Source: Lepidodermella squamata
Taxonomy: Eukaryota > Animalia > Gastrotricha
Assembly: GCA_047495785.1 (NCBI GenBank)
Contig: JBLDXI010000029.1
Span: 2,480,001-2,544,000 of the forward strand
DNA: 64,000 bases
Direction of reading: 5' to 3'
In this document: in pieces, positions 8,238 through 19,924 of the stretch
How positions within the stretch are numbered: position 1 is the first letter of the stretch
Layout of the letters: every line of letters begins with the position of its first letter
Notes under the pieces: generated by a model
Seen by the model: the letters and a program-made list of their open reading frames with translations, nothing else
What the model was told of the DNA's origin: nothing
The model's database searches: none
Program-made: the position numbers and the translations under genes

Positions 8238-10922
8238 TCATCCTCTCACTAACTCTTGCAAAATATCTTCAAGCCTTTTTTCTACCCAATTTCGGGACAA
8301 AAATTATACCAGCGGGTGTAGCGGCAACCAAAATTGTAACAACCGATAATCCAATTGCGATTTGAGAATATGTCTTCGTGAAGAAAGCTGCAACGACACA
8401 GCAACCTGCGAAGGAGATCAGGGCGAAACCGTAAGTAGCGAATCCCGTAAGCCGGAGATCCTTTATCTCAGCAGACTTTTGCTAAAAGAAATACATTTGG
8501 TATTACAAGCAAAGAAATATCGATCAAGCCACGCCTACCTTCCTGAGAGCATACGCCTTGAACAGCGCAGTTAGAAACAACAACCCGAAGATGACGAAGA
8601 ATATGGCGACGAAGACGTCAGAATAGGATTTCTGCAACGAGCAGGCGTATGAGTAATGCTGGTACGCTAGCCCCATGTTTGCTGGTGAATATTCGATTCC
8701 CAAGTCTACCATTTCAGTTTGAAATGGATACAAAGAAAGCCAAACAATTGATATGGTGGCTATGGCTGATGTCAAGAGCAGAACATGCCACATGCCATTT
8801 CTTCGTTTTGGTCTTAGTTGATTCATTCGAACTGTGCTCGGTATAGACAACGAATCACTTCGCGACTCACCCTCGGCATATGTTGCAGCCCTGAATGCAT
8901 TCAGCTTGACCGCAAGCGTTTGAACTCCCGTTCTAATATTTACGAAGCGAAAAGCAATCGTCAGCTTGAAGAGCAGAGACGATGTGATTAATGAATACCC
9001 GACGAGTATCATGAAACATTGCGACATGCAGTAAATACTAGTTTCAAGGCTGCCGAAATTCGACCCAACAACCACACCGATTAACATTAAGATAGAGCCA
9101 ACTATAACAGTGAGATTGAATTCTGGCATGGAATATTTCACGAAATCCTCATTGCGGGACCAATACTGATGGATGAACATTGCAACTAGGGATAAGATGT
9201 TTGCGAAGGAGATAAAGTTGATAACTATTGTTATAATATCTGGAAATAACGGATCCTTTACCGTCAATATTTTAAGTGAATCTGGTGGTGGAAGACCGTC
9301 ATATGTTCGCCATTTCAACTTGTCTCGATCAAGTTGGAATATGTCTGAGGTCCCACGAGTGTCATGAAATGCTATCGGCACATAATTGAGCAAGGAATCG
9401 AAACCAGTGGTCTGGTTATCATCCGCATCCCGGATTTGCTGTACTTGAGTGTAAGCGACAATGCCGGATATTGCATTCAGAGACCTGTTCAGGTCTGAGT
9501 AAAAACCTGTGTAAACGACATTTTCCAGCGATGACTGCATCAGCTGGCGTATTTCAGAGCCATTCTGTTGAAATTTGGACTTGGACGTGACCCAGTTTAG
9601 CAAGGTTTGATTTCGAGAGTTGAGAATAGTCTCCGTATGGTTCAAAGCCGCCGCCGCGACCATAATTTGCTCATACATGAACGTGCTGCAGCATTCCCAG
9701 TAGTAGTAATTGTCTGTTACGTCAACTCGGCTCAGTAGTTCCTTTGCAAAATCCTTCGCCGTAGTTCCAACAGAATCAACAAGTCGGTTTTGCTTGTTAA
9801 TAAATGAATCAAAGTTAGAGTAGATTGTGCTTCGCAAAACGTCGAAAATCATTCTTTCAGTACACCACGGAGGCTTGACTGGGTAATTGGCTGTGAACTT
9901 CGTGTAGGGATGGGCTATAAATACGTAATTGGGGCCGTAAATGTCAGCTTTGCGGAGATAACAAGCAACGAAAGCTGGCAGATTGTTATTCATAACAATA
10001 ATCCTCGGGCGGCTGCGCTTCAACTGATCCATTGCATCCTGAAAGTTGTCATCAGAAGGCATCTCCCCAGTTGGCGGGAGAAAAACTTTCGCGATAACAT
10101 TGATCGATATGTTTTCCCTAACAAGGATCGGCACAAGGATGGCGTTCGTGTACTCCATCATTGACGAGGAATCAGACAAAATGGACACTCTGTTCCACCC
10201 TAAAGTTTTGACAAGTTTGACATTGGCGTAGCTAAAGACATCAGGCGCAGGACTAATCACGTAGTACGCTCTGTATAATCCCCGTAGATGATAAACCATC
10301 GGGTTACTCGACGAAGCACCAAGCTGTATATAGTAGGTGAATGAAATGAAATATAACTCATTGCCAACTTACGCCTACAAAATTGAAGTACTGGGTCATT
10401 CGAGCTAGAGTATCTTGGTCACTACACTCAGGTCCGATAAATATGGGCAGCCGATTTTCTGCGTCCTCGTTCTGCCTCATCGAAAACAGGAACTGATTTA
10501 CCCCAATGGATTGAGTGCACTACGAGAAACAGAAAGCTAATGGTATTCAAGGAGTAGTGACTCAGAGACTCACTTGGTTGTCGATAAATTCTACACCCAA
10601 CTCGTATTTATCTAGCAACCCCAGCTTGGAAACTGTTTCCAGCGCGAATCGAGTAGATTCAGTGCTTATCGGCCCAACAGGTGCCACTGTACCGCCTTAC
10701 AATAGGATTCAAAGCTTCAAGCAAGATTCATGTCTTTTCATTTCTTAGCTTACCGTATCGATGAGTGACTATTATGCGAAGCAGAGTTTTGTTTTCCTTC
10801 AATTTATTTGGCTGAATGAACTTCGGCATCGGCGACTGCATTGTTAGGCGAGAGCCGGCGGCAAACGTTTGCAATTCTTGGGTTAGCAAGATGATGATAA
10901 TAAGAGTATATAATCTTTGCAT
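8238..10922 (-). CDS. Divergent GABA-B-like class C GPCR (at least 5 exons)
   Basis: Signal peptide exon (ATG 10922); spliced Venus-flytrap motifs EFIDNQ|CTQS...IFIGPECS and LGWNRVSIL; 7TM ending IIFVPKL. 3' end (stop 8238) assumes no further intron. Confidence 0.85.
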
Positions 10923-11929
10923 ACTTCTACGGTAGTAAAATTAGGAATGAATGCCGATGTTCAACCCCGCAGCGATAACGTACCGCGCAAAATTTTAACT
11001 AGCTGTATCATCACTAAAGGATATCGAACTTTCAAGACATCAAAGTGCACGCAACGCATGACACGAAATCAAAACAGTCCGGTCTTGGTAGGGCGTCGAT
11101 CTAGCAATGATTGAAGTTAGCTACTAATTTCTCGAGTACGCTACACATACAGTCTATGATCTGCTAAAGATTATAAGGGGGAGAAAAAATGTCTGTTGTC
11201 TGTTGTAATGATAATATATAAGGGCAAAATGGTCCAAATTGCTATTACGAGACGTCTGCAATATTCATCGCCTCGGTTCCATAGCTGTGGTCTCCGCGCC
11301 AGCTTTTCATCGTATGGCAGCACTGATCACTGATCCATCCGCCAATCGCGGGTTCAGCTTATACGCACATATTTTGCGATAGGCCTCTTGAAGATTATCA
11401 AAGCTTCTGCTCGCTTCGAAATTCATGTTGGCTTAAAATGAAAGGAAAACGAAAAATGGAAGCGACAACCGAAAGTTCCCAAAAACTGCCGATTGTACTT
11501 GAAACAAATGCTTTAGATGGAGATGGATGGCGTGAAATAGTAGATTATTTGAATTTTATAACAACAGCAAGATTCTCGGCTGTGGGGCGGGTGACCACAT
11601 TTTTAGTTTTGCTTGTCTTCGGCTTCCTCTATACCCGAAGACCAGGGAACATCATTCGCGGGGAAGAGAAATAAAACTTTCAATTTCAATTGAAATGAAA
11701 ACTGAAAACTATCGATAAATGTAGTTTCATCCGTTTTTTCGAAAGGGCGACAAAAGCACCATGTTGCTGGCAAGAATTAAGGCGGCAAATTAGCCGCGCT
11801 AGTCAAATTACTAGTCATGACTGACTCCATTTTTGTTCTAGCAAAATATTTATAGTTTCCCGGATTCGGATCTTGTTTAGATTCGGTGCGATGATTTCGA
11901 GGTTTGGAGTTGAAATATCGAAATAGAAC

Positions 11930-11973
11930 TCGCGATTGATAGTCTCGCATGTATGCGAGACTATCAATCGCGA
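11930..11973. repeat. Perfect palindrome, 21-bp arms, 2-nt loop
   Basis: tcgcgattgatagtctcgcat-gt-atgcgagactatcaatcgcga. Confidence 0.95.
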
Positions 11974-11985
11974 CTATCGATCCCG

Positions 11986-12151
11986 CTTATCTATTAATCC
12001 TAGTTCATAGTTAGCTAAAATCGTAATAAAACTCGAGAAACATTTACAAGAAAATTCCTGGCCTTGTAAGACAACAACAAGGCCAGGAATTTTCCTATAA
12101 ATGTTTCTCGAGTTTTATTTAGCTAACTATGAACTAGGATTAATAGATAAG
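11986..12151. repeat. ~165-nt near-perfect fold-back hairpin
   Basis: cttatctattaatcctagttcatagttagctaaa ... tttagctaactatgaactaggattaatagataag, with pairing continuing inward to a short loop. Confidence 0.92.
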
Positions 12152-12429
12152 GAACTAGGAGCTTGGAAAAATGGTTAACCAATTTTAATGACGATTCCTC
12201 TGGTTATCCAATCCACAATCAAATTCCCAGTTGAAGACAGCAGAAAAATTCTAATACTGACCAATTAGCTGATAACTTATGATTGATGATAAGGCTGGAA
12301 TTCAATTATTTCCTGCGCTTCGATAAATGCCGGTTCCAATATATAAGGACGTTAGATGTTGAAGAAAAATATCAATCCAGCTCCATTTCAAATAATATAT
12401 ATATTTCGCTCAGACATAGAACCGTAAAG

Positions 12430-13029
12430 ATGCGCACTGTTTTCGCTTTGACTGCTGTCGTTCTCTTGGCCCTAGGTAAATCTTGAAAGCGTTTGCTGGT
12501 CCCATAATCTAACTCGTTATTTTTCGTTTCAGCTTTCTCCGAAGCTGAGGCTGGCCGCGGAAACAAGGGCAAAAGTGTTTCGAAGAACTACTCGAAGAGC
12601 GTCTCCATCAGCGTGTCGTACAACCGGCAGCCGAAGAAGCACGCGATGAAGAAGCGCCCGGCCAAGAAGGCCTTCGTCGCTGGGCGCAAGCACCGCCGTG
12701 CCTCGTTCTCCAAGTCCGTGTCCGCGTCGGTGTCGGCCCGCACGAACAAGCACACCCGCAAGGTCTCCACCAAGAAGTTCATGCGCGTGCACAAGCGCGG
12801 ATCCATGTCCGGCTCGTACTCGCGCTCGGGCTCCTTCGGCGGCTACAACAAGAAGGGCGGCAACAAGCGCCACGGTGGCAAGAAGTTCGGCGGCAAGAAG
12901 TTCGGCGGCAAAAAGCACGGTGGCAAGCACGGCAAGGGTCGCAAGGGCAGCAAGAGCGGCAGCTACTCGGCCTCCAACAACTTCTCCTACTCGGTCGCCG
13001 TCGAGACCGGTGCTGCTCCCTCTAAATAA
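12430..13029 (+). CDS. Secreted Lys/Gly/His-rich (Ser-X)n protein, copy 2 (exons 12430-12475, 12533-13029)
   Basis: Same exon structure and 57-nt intron as copy 1; near-identical protein. Confidence 0.92.
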
Positions 13030-13414
13030 AAACTCTTTAAAGCGAAAAGAATCGAAATAAGTTTTCTTCGTGTAATTTATTCTAGAATTCAAAGGGTGAA
13101 AATAAAAGCATCATGCTGAATTCTTTAACCAAAAGTGTTGTCTATTTAAAGATTTTAATTCGCTTTTATAATTGGTGTGAAAATTAGCTAACTTGTGATA
13201 ACTAGAGTCAATAAATATGCAAATCAGATAAAATGAAATTGCGTTCAGGCGGGAAATATTACGCTCGACTAGTACATTTTTGCAAGCAAGTTTTGTTCTT
13301 AGCGATGATGAGACCTTATAGGGTCACCGTTTTTGCTAGATTTTCTGAAATATTAAGCTTGAATATACATTTTTGAAGGAATCAAGTTTTTGGTGATGAA
13401 GCAACCTCACAAGG

Positions 13415-14794
13415 TCACAGTTTTTGCTTTTTCGCAGCAGGCAGAAATGTTCCAGCTGGCAGCTTGACCGGAATAAGATTAGTGCGATCACGCCATTCAG
13501 GAGCGAACATCACGCGGTATGATGGCTCGGAAAGTCCACCAGTTCCAACTCCAATAACCACATCATGCGTCTTGTTTAATCGCACTCCCGAAGTTCCAAC
13601 CAAATTCATCGAGAAATTGACAGTTTGCCCCGACCCCAACGTCGTTAAATCCCAATCAGGCAACTCAATTCTGTAGGCTGAAATTGTTCCCTTTCTAGCT
13701 TTGAGTTTCGATGAGGGAATTACGAGGGCATAAGCTTCGCCTTTTCTAATCGGTGCAGCCCAGCCGTCGTTTCGAATGGTTACATTGTTACGATCAGCTC
13801 GAGTCATCACGGGTACGTAACCCAGCTTGCTTTGAATGATGTCCAAGCAACTCTGGCCAAGGCTATTAACCTTCTTCCAATTATTAATTACAATTTCACT
13901 CTGGCCGTTGCCCATCGGTCCATCCCTGAGCCAAGCTTGTTTCAAGGCTTCAAAATGGCGCATGGTCCTGTTACATTCTATCAGCGCATTGTTCGTGATT
14001 CCACAAGTTTCGCCGCTAGTTGGCTTGTGGAATTCAGCCATTTGCTTTCTGACTTCGGTATTGATAACTCTCTCGTTGAGTTTCTTGCCAATAATGTTCA
14101 CAAATGTGCCCTCGTCGTGGTTATTGTACAAAATACAATCATCGAATAGACCAAGGCGGTTCTTTCCCTTCTCTGGTTCGACATCGCTGGGTATCAGCGC
14201 GATTTGGTCAGGTCGACGGAAGAAAACCACTGGTATGGACTTAGGAACAGCGTTTAGAATTTCGCGGAATAAATCTGACTGCTCAGCATCTTTTTTGTAA
14301 TTGGTCGAGTGTCCGCTGTACATCTCGCCCCAACGTCCCATGAAACCGGCTTGGAAACCTGAGATGACAGCTGAGTGATTCACAAGGAGAGGCTCCAACT
14401 GCGCCAGGTGAAGCTTGACAATATTCAGCGGAGCATCCTGAACTTTGGCTTTCTTATCGTCAGTATAGGCGAAGCGAAGGATGATTCTCATTCCATTGGC
14501 ATGAACAGCTTCCAGATCTGCACCGATCTCATCGAGCGCAGCTGTTGAGATATTTCTGTCCTTGAATGCTTCAAGGTAGTAAAGACGATGAGTCATCGTA
14601 CGACCTTCCTTGACTCTTTTCTTGAGTTCCTTGACAAACGAACCATGTTCACTCTTATTCGAATGTCTGAAATAGCGCCATGTCTGGGCGTAGAGACCCC
14701 GGTCCGGGTTACGCGGCGATAAGTCCTGAGCCCAAACACAGCTCAACAAAATCACAATTATTAGCGGCAGTGCCGCTCTTACAACTTCGAACAT
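13415..14794 (-). CDS. Secreted DUF4874/DUF4832-family protein (putative glycoside-hydrolase-like), intronless, 459 aa
   Basis: Signal peptide; motifs recalled from this family: ILRFAY, DAP..V..HL.QL.P, QAGFMGRWGEM, RLGLFDDC, GETC, KLGY, IRNDGWAAP. Confidence 0.8.
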   Translation of the reverse strand: MFEVVRAALPLIIVILLSCVWAQDLSPRNPDRGLYAQTWRYFRHSNKSEHGSFVKELKKRVKEGRTMTHRLYYLEAFKDRNISTAALDEIGADLEAVHANGMRIILRFAYTDDKKAKVQDAPLNIVKLHLAQLEPLLVNHSAVISGFQAGFMGRWGEMYSGHSTNYKKDAEQSDLFREILNAVPKSIPVVFFRRPDQIALIPSDVEPEKGKNRLGLFDDCILYNNHDEGTFVNIIGKKLNERVINTEVRKQMAEFHKPTSGETCGITNNALIECNRTMRHFEALKQAWLRDGPMGNGQSEIVINNWKKVNSLGQSCLDIIQSKLGYVPVMTRADRNNVTIRNDGWAAPIRKGEAYALVIPSSKLKARKGTISAYRIELPDWDLTTLGSGQTVNFSMNLVGTSGVRLNKTHDVVIGVGTGGLSEPSYRVMFAPEWRDRTNLIPVKLPAGTFLPAAKKQKL

Positions 14795-15375
14795 ATTTAA
14801 TCAATGCCCTAGGAAAAAAACGAGACGCAAATTTGATTCTTGCAATTGACAATCTTTACAAGAATACAAAGTAGCGATTCGAATATAGACAACCAATTTT
14901 CGCTGTGTCAAATAAATAAAATGTGAGAAATAGTTGCAGCAATAAACAATTTCGGCCGACGATATAAGGGCTCATCTGCTCATGCTATTTACTAAATATT
15001 TTTGCATAATTTTAATTTTATGGAATTTAGCCCGAGTTTAGTTACAACCGATTCCTCTCAATGAGATAAGTCTATTTATATGAAAACGTAGATGTTTCAG
15101 TCTTCATCAAAGCTATTACAGGATTTTCAGAATATATATAATTGAAATTAGATGACAAAAGAGGGATCAAAGACTCAAAATCTCGCTCAAAATCAGATCG
15201 TTGAAGGAAAAAGGGGGCACTACCAGCCAGTGGACAAAATTGTACCCTTTTACACCGTGCTTTACAGGTAGCCGTTGGCGGTTTTGAAAAATGCTTTGTT
15301 AAATGTTAAATTATGCTCAAATTATGCTAGGGGAAAACTTCACATATTGACACTTTAAGGCGGATTTTTTAAAAT

Positions 15376-15770
15376 GCGAGCGAAGCGAGCCACGATCCAA
15401 AATCCTTGCCCCGCCGTAAGAGCGAGCGGAGCGAGCATTACGGGGCAAGGATTTTGGGACGAGCGTAGCGAGGCACCGAGCAAAGCGAGAAAGCGACGAT
15501 TAATTCTTAATTAATCAAGTCGAGCGAAGCGAGATGAATGACCGACAACTAAATACTTCATTCCGCTTTTTTAAACGCGTCCAGCAACTGCCTTACATTT
15601 TTCAAAGACGATTTTCACTGCCTCAGGCGGGTAAAACGGGCCAGAAAAAAAATGAAATCGGTCAGTTCCAAACGTGAAACGAGTCGAAGCATGAGTGAAA
15701 CGAGGCGCAGCCGAGTGCAACGAATGCGGAGACGAGTTTCAATAATTTCAATTTTTTCAAGGCCCATTTT
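15376..15770. repeat. Two branched palindromic elements carrying CGAGCGAAGCGAG-type motifs
   Basis: Stem ccaaaatccttgccccg/cggggcaaggattttgg around gcgagcggagcgagc; second palindrome ~15635-15770 centred on cgaggcgcagccgag. Confidence 0.7.
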
Positions 15771-16070
15771 TCACTACTGCATGCACGAGATTCACACGTG
15801 AAGCTGCTGAACGTGTCAGCAATTTGCGAACTCAGACATTGGACCGGCTTTTTATCGTCGAAATGAGTTAATAAGATTTTAAATTCAGAAAATTCAGATT
15901 CAGAGTTTGAGAATACGATATTATCAAGCTTTCATAATTAAGATGGATTTTTTATTGTTTAAAAATGTGTCTCCTCGTTTTTTAATATGCAGCGAATTAT
16001 GTGAACTATGTGGATTCTGACGCACTCAAACCCCTGTATCTCGATAACGGTGACAGCTGTCCCCTTCGAG

Positions 16071-16200
16071 TAATATGTAAAATAGTTCCCACGGTCCGGC
16101 CTGTTTCTCGATGATAACATAACTGCGCCTCGGCTTCGCCTCGGCTTGTTTTGTGATCATCTCGAAACAGGCCTCCCCTAGGGAAATATTAATACATATT
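16071..16200. repeat. Imperfect palindrome centred on ctcggcttcgcctcg
   Basis: taatatgta...ggcctgtttc...gaaacaggcc...tacatatta. Confidence 0.75.
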
Positions 16201-16581
16201 ATCCTAAACAAAATTATTCGACAATATGGCACTTGATTAGTTTGGTTTGGTTATTGTATCGCTAAAAGGTAGAAAGCGTAATAACGGAATAGCATCCATA
16301 AACTTATAAATAAGGGTAAGAATGAAATGGTTGAAATGGTTTAGCCCTCTCGGCCATGTTTTATGCGAATCCTATACTTTTAATATGAATAATTATTTGA
16401 AAATGAATTATCAGAAATCCGAGTAAATTACCATAAAATGTTGCGCGATTTTCAGTGCAATGTCTGTCTGTTGATCACATTGAGAACACGCCGTAATCAT
16501 CATTTAAAAAAATATTCGAAAAATGACTCATCTTAAACGTTTTTGTTTAGCGTTAGATACTGAATACGCATACCTACCAAT

Positions 16582-17695
16582 AACCCTGTTTATCACCGAA
16601 TTCCGTGAACTTGTGTCTGGAGTTCAAACCTAATGAAATTTCGCTTAGGGGTCAAAACGGTCGCATCCAGGGTATTACGCCCTTTGCCCTTTGACTTCTG
16701 CGCAACCCGTTACCGATTGATTTGCACAGACCTGGCCTCTACAACACATCAACATATTCATCAAAGGTATTACAGCGGGCTCGTAAAAAAGCCGGGTACT
16801 TATAACAATATACTTGCTACTGCGCGCTGTTTTTCGCGAGCAAGCTTTTTATAAAAATGCAAGAAAAACATGAGCGCATCAAGGTCACCACAAATTATTA
16901 TATTCGAGTAAATGCGGCTCCTATTCTATTCTGAATTAAGACCCATGGGCGTGCATTTGAGACCGCGCCTTTATTCGGTTAAATATGGTATCATTTTGAG
17001 GAGGTGCTAGCGGTGTAGAGTATTCCCGGTATTCGGGGATACAGGATAAAAAAAGCATACCGGTATATCCTGTATACATACAGCGTGTCCCATAAGTAGC
17101 GCAAAGAAAATGCACGGAAAAGGGTTCAGAAACTAAACTGAGAGACGAAGTCATATTTCATGACCATGAAAACTTTAGAAAATTTAATAAAATTACGAGA
17201 ATAATACCTAATCAATCATGTCACTTGTTAATTGGATTAAGAAAGTCCGGAGAAATTTGGTCCAACCGGGTAAAATACCGAAAATTACCGAACCAGTTAC
17301 CATCGGGGTTTTCCGGGTTTCTCCGGTAAATTCTTTATTTCTTGGGTTAAATCGCGGATAAAAGATGAAATTTGCTCTCGGTAGGTTTAATTTAAAAAAT
17401 TAGTTGAATTCCCTACAAAAAATTGCGGAATTAATTACTAGCTGCGCAACTTCTGGGACACGCTGTAGCTCCATTATTTCCTTGTTTGCATTTTTTACTT
17501 TTTATATCCTGTTTATCCCCGAATACCGTGAATAATCACGTGAATGCCGTGAGGTTGTGAGTTCAAGCCAAATGAAAACTCACTCCGGCTTCGAGAAGGC
17601 TGCGTTCAAGGTATTACGGCGTTTGCCCTTTGAACTCTGCGCAACCCGTTACCGATTGATTTAGACCGATTATAACTTGCTACGGCGATGCGGTT
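16582..17695 (+). repeat. Two diverged direct copies (~16582-16830 and ~17505-17695) of a short interspersed element
   Basis: Shared cctgtttatc.ccgaat.ccgtgaa, gagttcaa.cc, ggtattacg..tttgccctttga..tctgcgcaacccgttaccgattgattt and acttgctac. Confidence 0.75.
17081..17465. mobile_element. 385-bp Tc1/mariner-type MITE
   Basis: 23-bp TIR cagcgtgtcccataagtagcgca (2 mismatches), flanked by TA on both sides. Confidence 0.9.
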
Positions 17696-18610
17696 TCAGC
17701 AACAAAACTGCCGGTGTTTTATGGCCATTCTCGAATATAATCTGTCAGTTTTCATTGTGAGTGGTGGAATTCACGGCAAGCAGGGCCGCGAGATGACAAG
17801 GTTCGAACTCGGGGTCCAATAACTTCTCGTACCGCATACTCGTACCCGATCTGACCTGGGGTTGCTCCCGTGACTTGATAAAACTCAACTTTCGAATGCA
17901 ACATTGCTCATCGCAATAATTATTAATAAATATTTCAAATTTAATTATTGAGCTTCATGAGCAGCGGTGATAACTCGTTATTAATAGGTAAAATTGATAA
18001 CCAATTTTTTGGAATAAACATGGTTGATGAAGTTTAGGGCAATAATTACTACCGGCGTTTCGGTTATTTTCCATGACCATCAGGGCTTCAGGGATACAGA
18101 GGAGGAATTTTCGCATGAAACAATGAAAGTTTTATTTTTTTTTTCGCATGAAGTTATAGTTATACAATATAATATAAATATCCGACTTAACTTTTTACTT
18201 TAACTTCATGCTATTGCGCTCATAGATAAAACGGTCGAACAATGTTCCCGTCAACAATTAAAAAAATGCGATTGTTTACAATTATTCCTCTCAACAAATT
18301 CTCTGGAACCATTATCGATTGATTTGAATACAGCAAGCCCGTGTACTTCAGAAGCGTCAAAAACGCGCCATGTTGGAGTCGTTCAAAGGTTATTTCGCCT
18401 CACAAGGTATTTGAGTCGCGTGCGATTTAAAAGCACGAGCCGATATGGGCCTGTGTTTTGAACCTTAATCGCGTGGCGTTAAAGACGATGGGGCTATAAA
18501 TTGCGATTTATTTTCTCGTTAAAATCATCACCTGCTTTTGCAATTTAAAGCTCACAGCAATCTTCTCGCTTTCATTTTCGTTCGTGTTTTGATCCTCTTC
18601 AAACTCTAAA

Positions 18611-19924
18611 ATGGCCTGCTCATACACCTCGATCCCCTCGACCTTCGCCGCTGGCTACACCAGCCCGATGATCGTCGAGAGCCTGCTCCGCAACAAGGTC
18701 GACATCTACTCGCCGTCGTCTGTTGAGCGCAGCCTCATCAACGCCGCCGTCCCGACCCCGTTCGCCGCTGCCGCCGGCATCCACAACGTCAACGCCTTCG
18801 CCTCGTCCCCGATCGCTTACAACACCTTCGCCTCGCCGATCGAGTGCGGAGCCGAGACCGGCCGCGTCTTCGGTGCCGAGTGCGGTGCCCAGCTGGCCGC
18901 CATCGTCGCCGCCCGCCTCAACACCTTCGTCGGCCAGGAGGTGGCCGTCCGCATCGGCGCCCAGTGGGGAGCCGAGATGTGCGCCAAGCTGGGTGCCGAG
19001 CTCGCCGTCAAGCTCGTCAACGGCTGGCCGGTCGAGCAGTGCGCCCGCTGGTGCTACACCTTCGGAGCCGAGCACGGCGCCGAACTGGGTGCCATCATCG
19101 CCCAGCGCCTGGGTGCCATCTACACCGCCGAGTTCGCCGCCCGCATCGGCGCCGAGCTCTTCGCCGACGTCTGCGCCAAGCAGTGCTACGTCATCGCCGC
19201 CCGCGTCGCCGAGTCGCGCTTCGGTGGTGCCGCCCGCGTCGCCAACAACTGGACCGGCTCGTTCGAGCGCTTCGGTGGCCTCAACTACCCGACCACCTTC
19301 GGCGCCAACACCTGGGCCAACAACACCTGGTCGAACACCCTGTCGGCTGACAACAAGCTGTACAACATCGCCTTCCGCCCGTCCTCCGAGGTCGAGCTCT
19401 ACACCCTGACCCACCCGATCCGCATGATCGACGTCGAGGGCAACCGCCAGCTGTACCTGTGCTTCGAGCTCAAGGGCTTCAAGCCTGAGGAAGTCACCGT
19501 CACCCTGAACAAGGCCGAGCGCGCCGTCGTCGTCGAGGCTGCCCACGAGGCCAAGGACGGCAAGGAGCACACCGTCGCCCGCAAGTACTCGCGCAAGTTC
19601 GTCCTGCCCGAGGTTAGTAAATCACTGAACCATCAGTCATCACCTATTTAAATGTTAATTTCATCTGTCTAGACCCTTGCCAAGATCGACCTGACCAAGG
19701 TTGAGCTCAAGTCGTGCCTGACCCAGGAGGGCCACCTCGTCGTCGAGTGCCAGCTGCCGAAGATGACCACCGAGGAGATCGCCAAGTGCCCGACCATGTC
19801 CGAGCTGTACAACAAGCTGCCCGCCTTCGGAGGCTTCAACGCCGCCGTCCAGGCCTTCGGCGGCATCAACGGCGTCAACTGCCACGTCAACGCCGTCAAG
19901 CCCGTCACCGTCAAGACCGCCTAA
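18611..19924 (+). CDS. Large small heat-shock protein, copy 2 (exons 18611-19612, 19673-19924; 417 aa)
   Basis: Near-identical to 4823-6139, including the intron. Confidence 0.92.

Noticed and set aside
11220-11680. Coding-looking stretch between the class C GPCR and the hairpins
   Set aside because: No frame or splice path gave a recognisable or consistent protein
17790-17856. B-box-like gagttcgaac on the minus strand, possible tRNA
   Set aside because: No cloverleaf; at most a degenerate tRNA-derived repeat
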